Part shown: positions 11,880 to 26,299 of the stretch, piece by piece
How positions within the stretch are numbered: position 1 is the stretch's first letter
How the letters are laid out: every line of letters starts with the position of its first letter
Source: Marsupella aquatica
Taxonomy: Eukaryota > Plantae > Marchantiophyta
Direction of reading: 5' to 3'
NCBI GenBank assembly: GCA_973895155.1
Contig: OZ316891.1
Location: forward strand, 27,751,561 to 27,815,560
Length of the DNA stretch: 64,000 nucleotides
The notes under the pieces: generated by a model
Databases searched by the model: none
What the model was told of the DNA's origin: nothing
What the model saw: only the letters and a program-made list of their open reading frames with translations
Position numbers and translations under genes: made by a program

Positions 11880-14800
11880 AAGCAAATTCATGCTGCTTGT
11901 CACTTCGAATCATTCTGACTGCAAGAGTTGACACTTTTCCTCTAGCTGCTGACGGTCGCCTGTTCAATAGCTAACGACCATTGAATCCTTTCGTCGCCAC
12001 CCTAACCCCATGATTACCGTTTGGGTCGGTCTCGATCCCAAGCGACTTGAACTTTATATTAAAAGTTATGTGTTCATTATTGACCGTGGATGGCGGCAAG
12101 CTTGCCATTACCGTGTACTATCTTAACCAGAACATTCTCTTGAATAAGTGTAGTCTAGAAGAGAGGATGTCCTGCTAAATTGGTGGGACTTGTCCGACGA
12201 ATTGATGCTGTTTCCAATTTTATATAGCGTGTGTTAAGCGGGGTGTTAAGGTAGACCGTTACCCGATGAACCCATGTACGTCTATCGATCTCTGTGATAA
12301 ATTTCGAAGCTCAGCAGGCTCATCATTTGCAAAGTCTGCATGTATAAGTTCGATTCGAGCTACAAAATCTGTCAAGCTTCGAATTAAATACGGTAGCTAC
12401 ATGGCAACTTCTTTGGACTTCCACAGATCATGCGCATTCCAAGTCCGACCTTACTATTACCATTGCTATGTACTTTTATAGCAGATCGACAGCCTATGGC
12501 GACAAATATTGATCGATCGATGATCCATAGTAAGGATTTTGTGAGCGATAACAACCATGAGCATTGTACAAAGATTATTTATAAAACATGGAAGAAACTT
12601 TCTGTTGGCTTGTTTGGTTCGTCCAAGTCGGTCTGCTACTACCCATTTCGAGAGATTCAAGTTGTCTGAATCTGGAATAATGTCTGATCATGATTCTATT
12701 GATTTCTATCGACCTGATTCTAGTGATTTCTATCGACCTGCGCGTGGATTTATGTCGACCGGCTTTGTCCAGATTATTGCTCAATCTTGTTGGATTTGTT
12801 AGTTATGTATGAATTCCCTTGTTTGGCAACATTCTTGGACATTGTGTACATTGGCGGTCTCGATCTAATCTCTTAAGTAGCTAAGACTTCCCACAGGTCA
12901 ATGATCATGGTATACAACATGTGGAAATCGAGAGAAAGAATCAGTGCGTCGTCAGTCGTCAGGGTGTGAATTATGCGCCTTCCGGACGATGATTTGTGAA
13001 GACCTGTAGGCCTGTATTGTGTATCAAGAAATAATCACATTAAATTAGAGCATTTCTCCGGAAGATGTCAGAGCGTAAATTTTGTCTCGGTCAATGGATG
13101 ATCAGTTAAGATCCTCTCTAGAGCGGGCTCTAGAGCTAACCTTTTGATTGCTGCGCTCCTGAACATTCCTTATGTCAGAGCATAATGATCATGTCCAGTC
13201 AAGCAATATTCGATCCGATGTTGCTGCCTGCCTCATGGTTGGTTTCATTAGTACGTTCGAGAATGATCATCAATGCTCTAATAAACCTTTTCAACATCAT
13301 GTCCGAAAATTTACATTCTCGATTCCTGTTACACTGCAAAAAGCTTTTCCACGCCCGCGCGCAGGTTGAAGCTTGCTAGAGGTGGAGTTGCGAATCAACG
13401 AATACTGGGTTTACCTTAGAGCTCAAAATCTTCGATGCGCTCAGACTCCTCAGAGTTTTTCAGAATCCGTGACATTATTATCATGTCAAGCTTCTGCCGA
13501 CGTGTATGGCTGTACTGTATGAACAATGTTCTGAGACGTAGACTTAGATGAGGGCAGGACACTCTAGTCTCTCGAGCGAGGTCAGTCGTGCAATTCGTCA
13601 CTTCATAATATTCTCGTGGCTGTTGCACCATGACAGTACTGCTTCTAGGCTGCTAGCTGCTGGCTTGGTGATCATCACACCATGTACCAAGCTGCGTACG
13701 GCGCACTCGAACTTGCTTCAAGACGTACGTTACGTTACGTACAGCCCTTCAAGGTAGGGGACTAGCTATCTCTATCTGCCCAGGTACGTACTTGATCTCC
13801 TCGACAATCAATTATTCGATATGCGTAGTTGTCGTGATCAAGTCAATCGCTTCAATCTTCATAACTATTAAATCGAAACTATGTATGATCCATTGATCCC
13901 CCAAAGGTCTTGCTAGCCTCGCGACTCGGAGCCAAATCATCACTTCCGTTAAATAGGGGATAGATCTCTCCTCCTAGCTAGACTCGATCCAGTCTGGCCA
14001 CGAGAGACAAGATGTTACTTGAATGGATCGGCCACTTTGAAAAATTGCTGCTCTTTACTGCAGCAGCACGGGAACAATGACTGACTTGCATGTCCTCGGT
14101 CATCAGTGGTGTGGTCAGTACTAGATCAAGTTACGGGCCAAGATCATCAAGGACGAGGATGGCATGGCCTAGCCCCAATCAGACATGGGACCATACCATA
14201 TATACCAGACGTCCGTGAAGAAGATCGAGGAGCCAAGATTTTAGAAAGTGGCATCTTTTTCAGGGCAGAAAAGAAATACAAGAAACGCACTGTACGTTGA
14301 ATACGAGATATCCAGTAGAGTATTTGGTTTTCCTCAGTCCAGCTATTCTGAAGCCAGAATGTACCAAGCTAGGCTTTCAATTTCTCCCTTAATATAGAGC
14401 TGAATTTTATCTTCTTGGGTTTGTGAGAAATAGTTTGAGAATACCTTATCAACGAGACTGATGTGTCTACTTTCATTAAGAATTCAAAGACCTACTAATT
14501 TCCAAGATATCTCTCCAAGTTTTGTCTCACATTCACTTTTCACTGTAATATGTATCATCTGAGCAGAAACAAGAGTTTTTCTAGAGTCCCTCTGGTGGCG
14601 AAAGTCCATCTAAACGTTTTGGCAATGAACAACGAGAGAGAAAAAATGTGATGGATTGATTTTAATTGTCCCAGTAATCGATAGTACTGTACGTCATAAA
14701 TGATTCTTCAGTTGTCATTGCCTTTTTGCTTTCTACAGACGGAGTCCGCTGATAACGACCTACCATAATAGGAGTTGGAAAATAAGTCCACAGAGAGGGA

Positions 14801-17800
14801 CAGGGTGGATGACTGAGTGGAACTGAGTCCACAACGAGAAAGAGAGAAAGAAAATGACTGAATTGATTTAGAAGTCCAGTACTCTGAGTGAGAGTGACTG
14901 AAGTGGTTTTGAACCGCGAGAGAGAGAGAGAAAATGACTCAAATAATGTCAATGCAGACCACATGAGAGGGTAGGAGAGAGAGAAAGCCAGCTCCTAGAC
15001 CTTACTCAAGCGTTCTTACCTTAATTAGTGTTTTTTCCTGGATTAAGTTAGAACAAGTCTCAACTTGAGAGCTCGATCGCTGAAATGGACTTTCAAAACT
15101 AGGATATACCAATGCAGACTACACGGTCGGCACAATCATATTCGATAGCTAAGGACCTTGACCTTAAATAGAGCTCTTCGATATTTCCTGTTTGATTTTG
15201 ATTTTCCAAATTGATCACCATTCGTGCACTGAGCACTGAGCTATCTGTCTATCAATATTTGAGATCATTCGATCGAATTGGTGTCAAGCTGCTACAGTAG
15301 CTGCTTCTTGGACGACATAATTGAAAATTCCAATCACGTGTTAATGAGAGTTCTGAATTCAGACGGAATAACAACTTTACTTTTGTATATGAATTAAATT
15401 GCAAGAATGAGATTGGCAGCTGGGACGGAAAGCCTCAGTGTTTGAACTAGAGACTTGACCAAGTACAGTATGATTGGCTTGCGTTAGCCGCAATTGAGTT
15501 CAAGCCGATTTAAGTCAGGTCTGGCCGAGAGCCTAATCATTGCCGCACAGCCGAAACTGAAACCCCGAAACTAGGATCAAGGATCATAGCCTAGCCTACC
15601 AGATTGTACCCCGGCTCGCCGAAGATGTTCAAAGCTGCACGAAAAACAATTCATGATCATCAAAGGAATTAATGGACCCGAGGAGATCTTCCAAGTCCTC
15701 TCTTGTCCCTCATTTGCGAAACAAACGTGCTTACATAATCAATGATACAGCACAGGATCACAGCCTAAGAGCTATTAATTCTCTGCCCGGGTGGCTCACC
15801 AAAGTACGGTACTATCAAGCTGTAGATAAATATATATTCACAGCAACGAGTCCCTGTAAGTCACCTACCTCTAGCAAAACCGTCGGAGAGCTCTCTCGTC
15901 TCTAGCAATCCGGTCTGACGAAAAGTCCTGCCCGCTAAGGGCCACAAAGAATCTGTAAAAACTAATTTTAGCTCGCAAGATACAGTAATATCCTACTCGT
16001 TTTGGGTTTGCTGAAGTCTCTGTCAATCTAAAGGCTGCCGCAGTGTTCAGTTGAGACCGGGCCAAGGGGGGCAGAGCTCGAGAAAGGATTGTCAGCTCTA
16101 TGGCTTCACGAGTCACTACTAAACAGTTTAGCTGTGATCTACAGTTCTCGGTTGTTTGAGTATACCATAAATGGCTCCTTCATTGATCACTTTCTCTAAA
16201 TTTCTAGTGACGAGTGAGACGAATCGAAGACGTATTCTTTACACTATTCGGTCCTCAACATCAAGACCTGTTTGGTCGTAAATGAGGAGTGAAGCAACGT
16301 CTGCACGAACTGATAGCCCCGGGGGATAGCCCAGGCCAGGTCAGGCTTTGAATGAAAAAACAAGATCTAAAAGGAAATTAATGTTCTGGCAAAGGATATT
16401 GCAGATCGAAACAGTTCTCGTGTCATTCGGGTAGTCCTGGAGATGATCTTAGTTGGATTAAAATCAACCTTGCTCGAAAGTCAGCGGATTTCAGTACAAT
16501 TGTAGAAATGGACGTGTCTGAGAGAATTATTGTACTTAGCAAGTGAGCATCCAGACAAGTATTTATTGAATACTAGCTAACAGGAGTACCGAAGATACAG
16601 AGGATCAAAAAATAGGAGAATCTTCTGGGGGCCTGCTGAACACAGTGCTGTCATTTGCATTGACGATCGACAGATCGGTCGAAGCTCTTCTGTCAATTGA
16701 CGATTGCTGCACTTCATTCCATGGAATTCTTGATTTGTCCTAGACTCTCCTAGACTGAAGAGACGAGACGAGTACTGTTACGAATCGCTGATGATTTAGG
16801 TGGAGATCATACCCGGTAAGGAGTAAGAGGGGAGATTAGTTGATGTTGGAAAAGGCAGTACTATGAGGAAACGAGAAAGAATCGGATCGGGAAAAACCCA
16901 CTTTATTTGTTCCCCGTCTTCTTTCCCACGACTAGCAGAAAGAAAGGCCTCAGAGGTACGTACGTGATCAAAAGCCTGGGGAATGAGACACATCGCAAAA
17001 TCGAATTTATAGACAAAGTTCAACTGACCACTACTGTAGGAACCCCGGTAGGAACAGTTCGCTAGCCACAAGGTCAGACCTCTCCACTGAGATCCAGACC
17101 AGAAAGCTCACACACTAATTTATCGGAATGATCCCTATGAATACATTGAATCTCTACGGGTGCAACGGCCAATCCTGCCAGTCCTGCTTCAATTCGAACA
17201 ATTGACAAAATGCATTGGGAACACGAAGCTACGGACTCTACGACACAGCTGTAGAATCGGTGGAGCAGGTAGCAAGTGGCAGCTATAGAGTTTCAGCCTT
17301 GTGGCGGTCATGTAGGACGATCAACTGCAACGATGAGATGGTGTAAGCTTGGAATGGTCCTAGGGTGCTCCCGACGATGGAGGGGCGCACTCCTGTTCCT
17401 CCCGGGTCTCAGACGGTAGGTCTCAGGCGTTAGCGCTCGAACTTACTCACTATCAGTAGAAGCAAAGTATGTATGTAAGTACAGTACAGTACACTTGTGA
17501 ATCAGGAGAACTACCGGTACGTAGCCAGCAGCAGCAGTAGTCCTGGACGGTATGCCCAACGAGTGAAGGAATATCTGTCCACACTTCTGTAACGACTTCA
17601 AGAATTTATTGGCCCCCGACAGCATACGCGGCATGGCATGTCTATAACTTCTCCATGCTTGCTGATGGATTCACCTGCTGCAAGCTAGCTCCGCTTCAAT
17701 CTAGCTGCTGTAGCTAGATTGGAAATTAGCTGCGCGCTAGCCATGCCTAGTTATGAATAAAGTAGGAAGAAGCACTATTGCGTTGCGAGCATGCTTGCAT

Positions 17801-19753
17801 GGGTCCTGAGTGAGTGAGCAAGCTGGGCACATACTCTTGTTGCTGCTGCTGTGCTGAGGTTCAAGGTTGCGAGCAAGTTGTATCAGACGTACGTACACCC
17901 GTCGTGCTCCATGTCGAGCTGTTGTGGCTAGCTCACATAACTCCGTCCGTATACCTTGGAGGAGCACATTGATTGCATCCCCAACTCCCCTCCATTTATT
18001 CCATTCCAGCCTTTCCAGGACTTGCCATCCGTCGCCGCCTATAAAATCACATATCTCTCTATGTGCCTTTACAGCTCAAATTCCGAAATTCCGAATTAAC
18101 GGTCGCGTTGCTTTCAAGTTGCTGCTTTTTGTTAAATCGCTCAAGTGCCTTGAATTGGCCCAATCCTTGCACTGGCTGCTAGCGCGATTGCCGGTAAACA
18201 AATGACACAGCGCCCGAAAGATCGGTGTTGGAACTGTACGTGACTGTCCATTTTAACTAAAGAGCAATCCTTTTTGAGGTCCGAGATCACATATGAATAT
18301 GGTACTAATTACGCATATCTGATCGGGGAATAATAGCTCTTGCAACTGCTGAGAATATGTACTTCGAGCTATTCTTGCTATGGAAGCTAGCTAGTAAGCG
18401 CCATAGCCTAGCTAGCGGCCGGGCAGGAACTCAAGGAAGCTTGTAAATCCACGTCACAAACGATCTACAAGTAAAGTGCAGCTAGCTAGTTGTACTCTCA
18501 TGTGATGTCAGTTATCTAAACGTGTGCTCATCATGTGCGAAGAGTCATGATCAGAAGAAGAGTCTGATCACGCTCAAAGTAGACCCTCCCCGGGCAGCCT
18601 CTCTCTGTCTGTCTGAGGAGGAGATGAGGAGATCCGATGGATAGCAGAATAGATACGAGCTAATGCAATGGGCTCATTGAATATATCAATACGTAACATT
18701 CTTGATGAGGCGATCGTCCCGCAGTTCGTTCAATCCGTTCGAACGACGTTCCTCGGCGATCGAGCTAGCAATGGCAGTATGCATGTGATCCAATACGCTG
18801 GGCTGCAAAGGACTTTGGACATGATCCCCTTCCTTAGCTTTCGACGAGTACACAAAATCTAGCTCATGATGACGACTTCGCCTCGACCAACTGGCTGCCT
18901 GGCCGTTCCTATCCACTACGTCGTAGCTACTTGATCATGGTCAGCAGCATGAATCCCCTGCTTGCTTGTCGAAAGACCATCATTGAAATGTCGACTCGTC
19001 TCGACTCTCGACTCTCTTTCCCACATCACCGTATTACTAGCTTGTTACTGTATTCTACACTGTTTACTTATAGAAGACTGACTTTGTGAATGTCCAGTCG
19101 TTAGCCAGGCAGCAAGACAGTACTGGTAGACCGTTTGACGGTTTAGACTGCAACGGTGGTGAAAGTGGCAGCCTGATCCGTAGAAGAAGATAGCGAATTG
19201 AATGGCATGGAAGTGACCTCAGTCCTTGCTTTCTATCTAGCTAGCTTTCACCCTAATCAATGAGATGCCCGTAACAAGTTTTTATAAGAAAGATTCATGT
19301 AAGCTGCCTTGCTATCAAGTCAGGAACTATCCATAGCCGATCAAGATAGCGATGCTAGGGCTTATTTTGAGAACGGCAGGAGCTTTCTCGATTCAGATAC
19401 AAGTATGATAGAATCTGTAATTTGAGCTTGATCAATCAAAGAGGAAGTTGACAAGCTGCGGCTCGTGTATCCTGCGGCGCAGAGGCTCATTGATGACTAG
19501 CCAATGGACATTCCACGGCGGGAAGCATCATCGAGAGATATGATGGACTCAGCGTTGCTCAGACTTCCAATAGCTCATTGCCAAGTGCCGAGCTACCGCT
19601 CAAACAACTCTGGTTGATTGATTGGTCAAGAAGCTCGGTACGAGCTACTGCGGTACCAACAAACATACCACCATCACTTACACCTTAGCTTTCCTTCACA
19701 GATGCTTTCCAAAATCGAATCCCCAGAGTATTGTCATTGTAAGTAAAAATGAA

Positions 19754-19863
19754 AATTTCTGGGTCATCCTGTCACGAAATTAATGTTTGCTTATCGACAG
19801 AAAGTCTCATGAATTTTTCGGGTTCATCCTGTCATGAAATTAGTTTGCTTATCGACCTGAAAA
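19754..19863. repeat. Two-copy imperfect tandem duplication of about 58 bp
   Basis: ggtcatcctgtcacgaaattaatgtttgcttatcgac versus ggttcatcctgtcatgaaattagtttgcttatcgac. Confidence 0.75.
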
Positions 19864-21759
19864 GAGCATAAAAGATGCATGAAGTTTTGGTCTGTAAGTT
19901 ATATGATCAAGATCTCTGGACTGTAGAAAAGTTATTCTTCATCATAGTTCCATCACTACTCGGCGATTCAAGGGTTAGAGCATTTTTTAGAGTTTAGCTA
20001 GTGGATCACGTCGCATGTACTGCAGTACAGTACCATGGCTAAAGTTTACATATAGTCTCTTGAGATATGTGCAGCACAGTACAATGGCTTAACAGGTAGT
20101 ATCTCGAGATTGAAGGAGAAAGGCTCATAATGTTGCTGGGCACCTCTGATTTAAGATGAAGAAGCAAAGAGCTCTTATTTTCTCCACGGGAATGAAATCT
20201 ATTGCGCAGGAAATAGTACAGAACCAGCCCACCCAGACAGGCAGCTAGGAAGGGACTGGGCACCTCTGAAGTTAAGAAATGGTGGCGTGGTAATAAGATT
20301 AAGAAGCGAAGGATGAGTGTCCGCAAGTCCCGAATTCAGTTGTACTTAAGTCTAGAACCTAATCTAGTTCGCTTAGGACCCACAGCAAAGGGAACGTCTA
20401 GGTCCGTTGGGCATATCAGAAAAAGCCAAGATCCTTTTTTCCTCCGCAGCCTTAGGACTTATCTCGGGAGATCTCTAGCTTAGGCCAGGATCGGGTCAGG
20501 ACTTGTCAGGCCGGCCAAGTACGCAAGTTCAGAATAGTAATTAGAGGAGTTGAGGAGGATTGAGACTAAATTTTTCTGAAGCAAGCTGAGAATTTTGTTT
20601 CTCCGTCTCGGTTCAGGAAACGCGTGCATGTATGCTAGCTCAGCTGAGCTAAGCTAGAGCTACAGTAGTCATGATTCCACAAAGTCGTACTATGCTTCCA
20701 AATCATTTCCGATCTGAGTTCTTCATCACGACATAATTTTGTGGGGACGATTCGAGTCGAATGCAGTTCATGCTTTCTTTATTCTTCCTCGCTCGCTCTC
20801 GCTCTCTCGCTTCACGGAGATCTCGGGTAGAAGATCATGCGCTAGCTGAGCTCGATTTTCGAGGAATCCTTGATTTCGTCCCAACGTGATTTACGTAACA
20901 ATCAGTGAGCGAGCATGCGTGGGTGAGTTGGATTAACATGCTGTTAAGTAGCTAGCGGCTGGGACGCGCGGGCCCATTTCGAGTGAGGAGGAATGGCGGG
21001 CCGCTGGCCTTTTCATGTACGTAACTTCTAACGCCAGGAGATGATGATATTGGCCCCATCTCACTCGAGCGGCGCTCGTCCACTTTGCAGCTCTCCTAGC
21101 TTTGTTATGCAGCAGCTGCTTTGTTTGTACCAAAGGACAGATTGAAGATTTCTCCAGATTTCTTTCTTCCTCTAGAGGCTCTCTCCCCTCTGTCTGTCTC
21201 TCTGTGGGCAGCCATGTCGATCATGCCATGGCATGCAATAGCTCGATCGGTCCACGCGGAAGCTCGTTCAGCACAGGGCCGGACCACCGCCATACCACTA
21301 CCGCCAGTACCTCAGCTGCAGACGGCGGTACACCGTAGAATGGACTTTTGCACACTCCTGTCGTAATGGTCATCCATTCCAGCCAGCCCAAGAGCTACGT
21401 AGAGACTTCAGTTTGCAAAGCCGCTTTCGAGCATTTCAATCTGTACTGACAGATTTCTCTAGCAAGCAAGCAAGGAAGGAAGCCTGAAGGAAGGAAGGAA
21501 GCAAGCACCTGGGATCGAGGACGGGCGGTGGCGTGTGCAGATTGAATGCTGTGAGCTGACTTGATATATATAATCTCCTTCTATCCCTCAGTCCGCTACC
21601 ATACATCTCCACGTAGAACTCAAAAAGACCTGAGAGTCACCCAGGGTCACTCAAGATTGTACTATGCTTCATTCAGATGCTCAGTTTCCCTTACAGGTAA
21701 TCATTTAATTTCAGAAGGTGCATTGATGTGGGCAAGATATTGACGCATTTCTCACTCAA

Positions 21760-22480
21760 CTTCACTCTGAGATTTCCCAGGTTATATAGATGTGAGAACA
21801 AATGTGGGTTCAAGCTACTGGCTGCCCCGCTGGCTGCAAACCCAGAAAACAGATTATACTCCAAACTCTACCATAGTATACCTTACGGCAATGAAGAACG
21901 TACTAAGCTCAATTCTGGGAATTCCCTCGAGCGATTCCGAAAAACCAATATTGTGGGTTCAATTAAGATTGTTCTAAACTATACTTCAGGATACGCTTTC
22001 CTCACTGAAGAATGTAATCAACTCCACTCTGGGATTTCCTTAGAGGCAATCTGAGAACAAGTGTGCACTTAACCTAGTTTATACTGATGAGCTCAACAAA
22101 CTAAGATTGAATGTATTAAATTTCTTACGCTTTATTACAGTCTACGCTTTCACCTGAAGAATGTACTAGACTTCTTTACTCAAAACAAATCTGGGTTCGA
22201 GCTACCGGCAAGCTATTTAAATAAATTTACTTACAGGGAATGTGCGTTCAATCTAATAGTTGGAAAACTAAATAAAAGATTGAATACATGTACTAAACAA
22301 TACTACAGTATACAATTCCCCTTACAGAGAATCTGAGACTAGATGTGAGTTCAAGCTACTGGCAAACTCAACAAATTAAAAATGGTACTGAACTCTAGTA
22401 CGTACAGTATACGCTTTGCTCACTCTGAGATTTCCCTTAGGTACAGTCAAGGAATCTGAGAACAAAGGTGAGTTTAAGTA
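21760..22480. repeat. Degenerate, irregularly spaced tandem repeat
   Basis: A core resembling tgagaacaaatgtgggttcaagctac recurs near 21793, 22052, 22183, 22335 and 22457, with an outlier near 22835. cactctgagatttccc also recurs. Confidence 0.6.
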
Positions 22481-25284
22481 GACTGCCCTTGGCAGCCCTG
22501 CCCATACATAATTTTTCCTTCAGAATGTTCCTCATTTCGCTCTAGCTCAGGCTAGACTATCGCATATCTAGCATTCATCTATGTCCCTTTCCTTTCCTCA
22601 TGATTGAATTTGACACCATGTCCTGCAAGTCACCTCGAACTTCGGTTACTACCCAGGCCCCCATGATTGACACTTCATTGCTAACTCATGACAGTCTTCA
22701 TTTCAAAGTTAGCCCCAAAAATATGGATTCAGTACCCAGCTGGAAGCTAAACAAACGGTTGTGTACATTCGACTGGCTAAACTGCAGTACAGCATCCGCT
22801 CTAATTCCTCTACTCCAGGAATAAGAGGGCAAATCAAATGTGGGTTCAAGTTACAAACTGACTAGCTGTCTAGCTGGCTAGGACTCTCTCCTCTCGCAGT
22901 GCATTGAATGTGGCATATATACTTCTGGGCATTAACGGAGCACGTAAGCAGGGGATCCAGTTATATCGTCAGTCCCTGAGGAATGGGAGTACTCAACAAT
23001 TGTTTGTTTCCTGAAGACCAGGACGAAGACTCCGTATTTGATGTAGTGGCATATATATGAATGATATGAATGGGTCCAGATAACTGCACATCAAATCAAA
23101 ATATGATATATGTTACACATATGGCATCTTTCCATACCATGACAAATCATGACAAATCAAATATTGTTATTTACTTCAGATCACTGTGCAAACTCTATAT
23201 TACCATATTTTGATGTGTGATTATCAGCAGGGCAAATGAATCTTTAATTTGGGGAACCAGTACCCTGGCTTTGGTCTTGGGGTGTGTCTCTTGATGGTTG
23301 TCCCATTCACTGGCTGCTGGTTTTTCTGCAGCCGGCTCCAAATAAATTGCACTCTGTGTTACATGAGGTGAAATTAGTCTTAGCCAAGGTGATCAAGGCA
23401 AAAACCTAAGTGCCCATCTCAAGGCTAAACATTTGTTTCTCTATAATTTTCTTTTGACCTTTGGGAGAAATTATTATACGTATCCAAGCTTAGGGACAAG
23501 TACTTTGAAACTAATTTTGCTGTTAGAAAATAGTTTCAAGGGCATACTTGGAACTGTGCTTGTTTGATTGTCCTTGACGAATGATTGATGAATAGATAAT
23601 CCAAAGACAATTATTACTCATTTGAAGTGTTTGTACTTCCAATAAATAGAATGAACCACAAAATCAGTGGCACATATTCATAATGCAAAATTAATATGGG
23701 ATTATAGGAGTGAGCGAACTAGACTATAAAGTGGGAACATACTGGTATCACCCACAACACCACGCATACAATCCAAAATAAGGATTTCACTACACTTGCA
23801 AAAGCATGGTTGTAAACTTTGTTCCATGATCTTAGGTTGCAGTTGTAACTCTAGACTATGATATAATGGTAGACACCATTTTTTAAAACTAGCTACTTGC
23901 TTTCTATTGTTAAGAACAACTACACTGTCAGTCTTGTGCAAGAATTCGTGTTAGTACAAAAAATTAGTTTACTAACATTAATTTTGGTAAAAATGATTTT
24001 GAGTCCAAGTAACACTAATTTTTGTCAGTTTTCAAAACAGATTTTTTTCACTTTAGTTTAAAATGGATTTTTTGAAATAGTTTTTTTCTCTCTATTTTGC
24101 CACTTTTAAGACCACAGGAACACTAATTCATATGCGCAAAACTAGTTTTAGCACAAAATTAGTCTGACTAACACTAATTTGAGAGTAAACCCTGAGAATG
24201 GGAGCTCTCAAATTAGTGTTACTTAGTCAACACTAATTACGATGAACAGGGTAACTTTACATCTCCAAAAAAGAACAATAATGCTAATGGCAGCGAAAAG
24301 AGGAATGGGCATGAAGTAAAGTCTTTGTCATATATAAAGCTTTGTTGATTCAATGACATGGCAACTTTGAAATCATCGATGTGACACATACTGAGGAGCA
24401 CTAATCAAACTTGTAAGGAAATTCCTCCATTGATCAAAATACCTTTAGATACATTCTAATCCAAACATTTTCAATCCCAATTGTGGAAGAAAGTTTAAAC
24501 ATTTAAACTGCGCTCAGACTGTCGTCGTCCCTTTTGAAGCATAGCAAGTCAATAGTTAACATATAAGAATGGGAAATTATTTGCGGTGAGATCAATGATT
24601 AGATCAACAGCAAAGAGTGGCCAGAAAATCTTGCATGACCATTACAAGGGAATTTAGCCAAAACCAATACGCTCCTAAAGTAGCATTAACCACTTGTAAT
24701 TCCCGCACATTCACACACATCCCCCAAACAAATACTTATCCTTCACAGATATATGAGTGGGAGTAGCAAAAGAGACTGCAAGGTGTTCCAGTGAACTCTT
24801 TTGCCAACTGACTCACACAAGGCATTTTGACTTAGAGACATCCCCTTTTCTGAACTTTTTAGATAGGGTGACTACATCAAAAATTGTAATACAAGGTTGC
24901 ACCAAAACTGCCTCATCATTGAAATAAGGCATGCAGTTTTGGGTGAAAAAAATGAAAACAGGCAAAAGTGGAAGAAATAATCCAAAAGTGAATTAAATTT
25001 GGTATGCTCTTTACCAAGCAAGATGAAAAAGCCAGAAACAATCATGATCCTTCATCAAAATATTTTTTTTATTGTACCATCATATCTATCCACAAACCCC
25101 ATCTAAAATAAATATTTACCCAAGCTGCCCTTTAGCCTGCCCTCACCTGCCCTAGATAAAAATTAATTAATTAAAAAAAAATTAAATTCATCTACATTTA
25201 AAAAATTTAAAAATTAATTTAAAAATTAGAAGAAAAAAAACTTTGAAACTTTTGTATACATTGCAAAGTCAATAATTATGTTTT

Positions 25285-25754
25285 TGCTTTGCATGGACAT
25301 CTTTTCTTGCCTTGACATGTTTCTCACCTTAACATATTTTTCTAATCTTTACATATTTATTTTTCCTTAATATCTTTACCTTGTCTTAACATCTTTTTCT
25401 GACATTGACATCTTTATCTCACCACAACAATTTTTCCTCATCTCAACATCTTATCTTTTTCTCATCTTACCATGTTTATCTCACTTTGAAATCTTTATCT
25501 CACCACAATATCTATCACTCACACTCAGCATGTTTCCCTCCTTGAATGACATCTTTTCCTCATCTTTATATGTGTTCCTTGACATCTTTTCCTCATCTTT
25601 ATAATTATGTGTTTTTTCACCTCACCATCTTTTCTCTCCAACCTGACATCTTTTTCTCATCTCAAATTCTTTTCTTCACTTTAATATCTTTTCTTTACTT
25701 TGACATCTTTTCTCACCTTGACATCTTTTGTGCAATGCAGAGGCATTGGGCTAG
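25285..25754 (+). mobile_element. Non-autonomous Helitron-like 3' portion carrying a degenerate 19-bp minisatellite (5' end not defined)
   Basis: An array of ttgacatcttttctcacc-like units ends in tgtgcaatgcaga-ggcattggg-CTAG|T, a decayed hairpin plus CTAG matching the intact end at 43136-43161. Confidence 0.65.
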
Positions 25755-25759
25755 TCTAT

Positions 25760-25962
25760 CTATAAGTATATTGTCGCAATCAAAAACTACTCCCTAAGTC
25801 TAATCTCTAGGGTGAAGCATCCAGACCATGAGTGAAGGGACATAACTAAAAGAGAGATAATCTATCTAGAAGTATAGAGTTGCAATCAAAACCTACTCCT
25901 TGGGCCTAGCTACTATCTAGAGTGGCATCTAGACCATGAGTTGAAGGACGTAACTAAAAGAC
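25760..25962. repeat. Two-copy imperfect tandem duplication of about 106 bp
   Basis: gcaatcaaaa(a/c)ctactcc...gcatc(c/t)agaccatgagt...taactaaaaga starting at 25776 and 25882. Confidence 0.75.
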
Positions 25963-26024
25963 GGTGCAGACATAAAAGAGGGAGCCAGAATAGTAAAGTG
26001 CTATTTTTTTTCCTCAGGGTCTTT

Positions 26025-26281
26025 TTTGTGGTCACCTCCATTTTGTGTTCAAGGACCGGGTAATCAGGCCAGTCTATGAAGCTATAGACTCTGCAAAGTC
26101 ATGGAACCAGGTCAGGAATCCTGTTCAAACAATTGAACTCTTCATTTGGGAAATTTGTGGTCACCTCCATTTTGTGTTCAAGGACCGGGTAATCAGGCTA
26201 GTCTATGAAGCTATAGACTCTGCAAAGTCATGGAACCAGGTCAGGAATCCTGTTCAAACAATTGAACTCTTCATTTGGGAA
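26025..26281. repeat. Near-perfect 129-bp tandem duplication
   Basis: Copies start at 26025 and 26154. I saw only one internal substitution (ggccag/ggctag). This explains the 43-aa repeat in ORF 26045..26359. Confidence 0.95.
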
Positions 26282-26299
26282 GTACTGAAGATTGCCACA

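Noticed and set aside
17630-17746. Hairpin caatctagct/agctagattg as a pre-miRNA
   Set aside because: Only about 10-13 bp of stem, the outer arms do not pair, and it is built from the locally common AGCT palindrome.
20039-20326. 95-aa ORF with two SEVPS motifs as a CLE/TDIF-like peptide precursor
   Set aside because: It lacks the GPNP core and C-terminal placement, and has a non-ATG start. The motif is explained by a short DNA duplication (ctgggcacctctga).
21176-21195. Similarity to a miR156/529 complementary site
   Set aside because: About five mismatches in CT-rich low-complexity sequence, and no SPL gene context.
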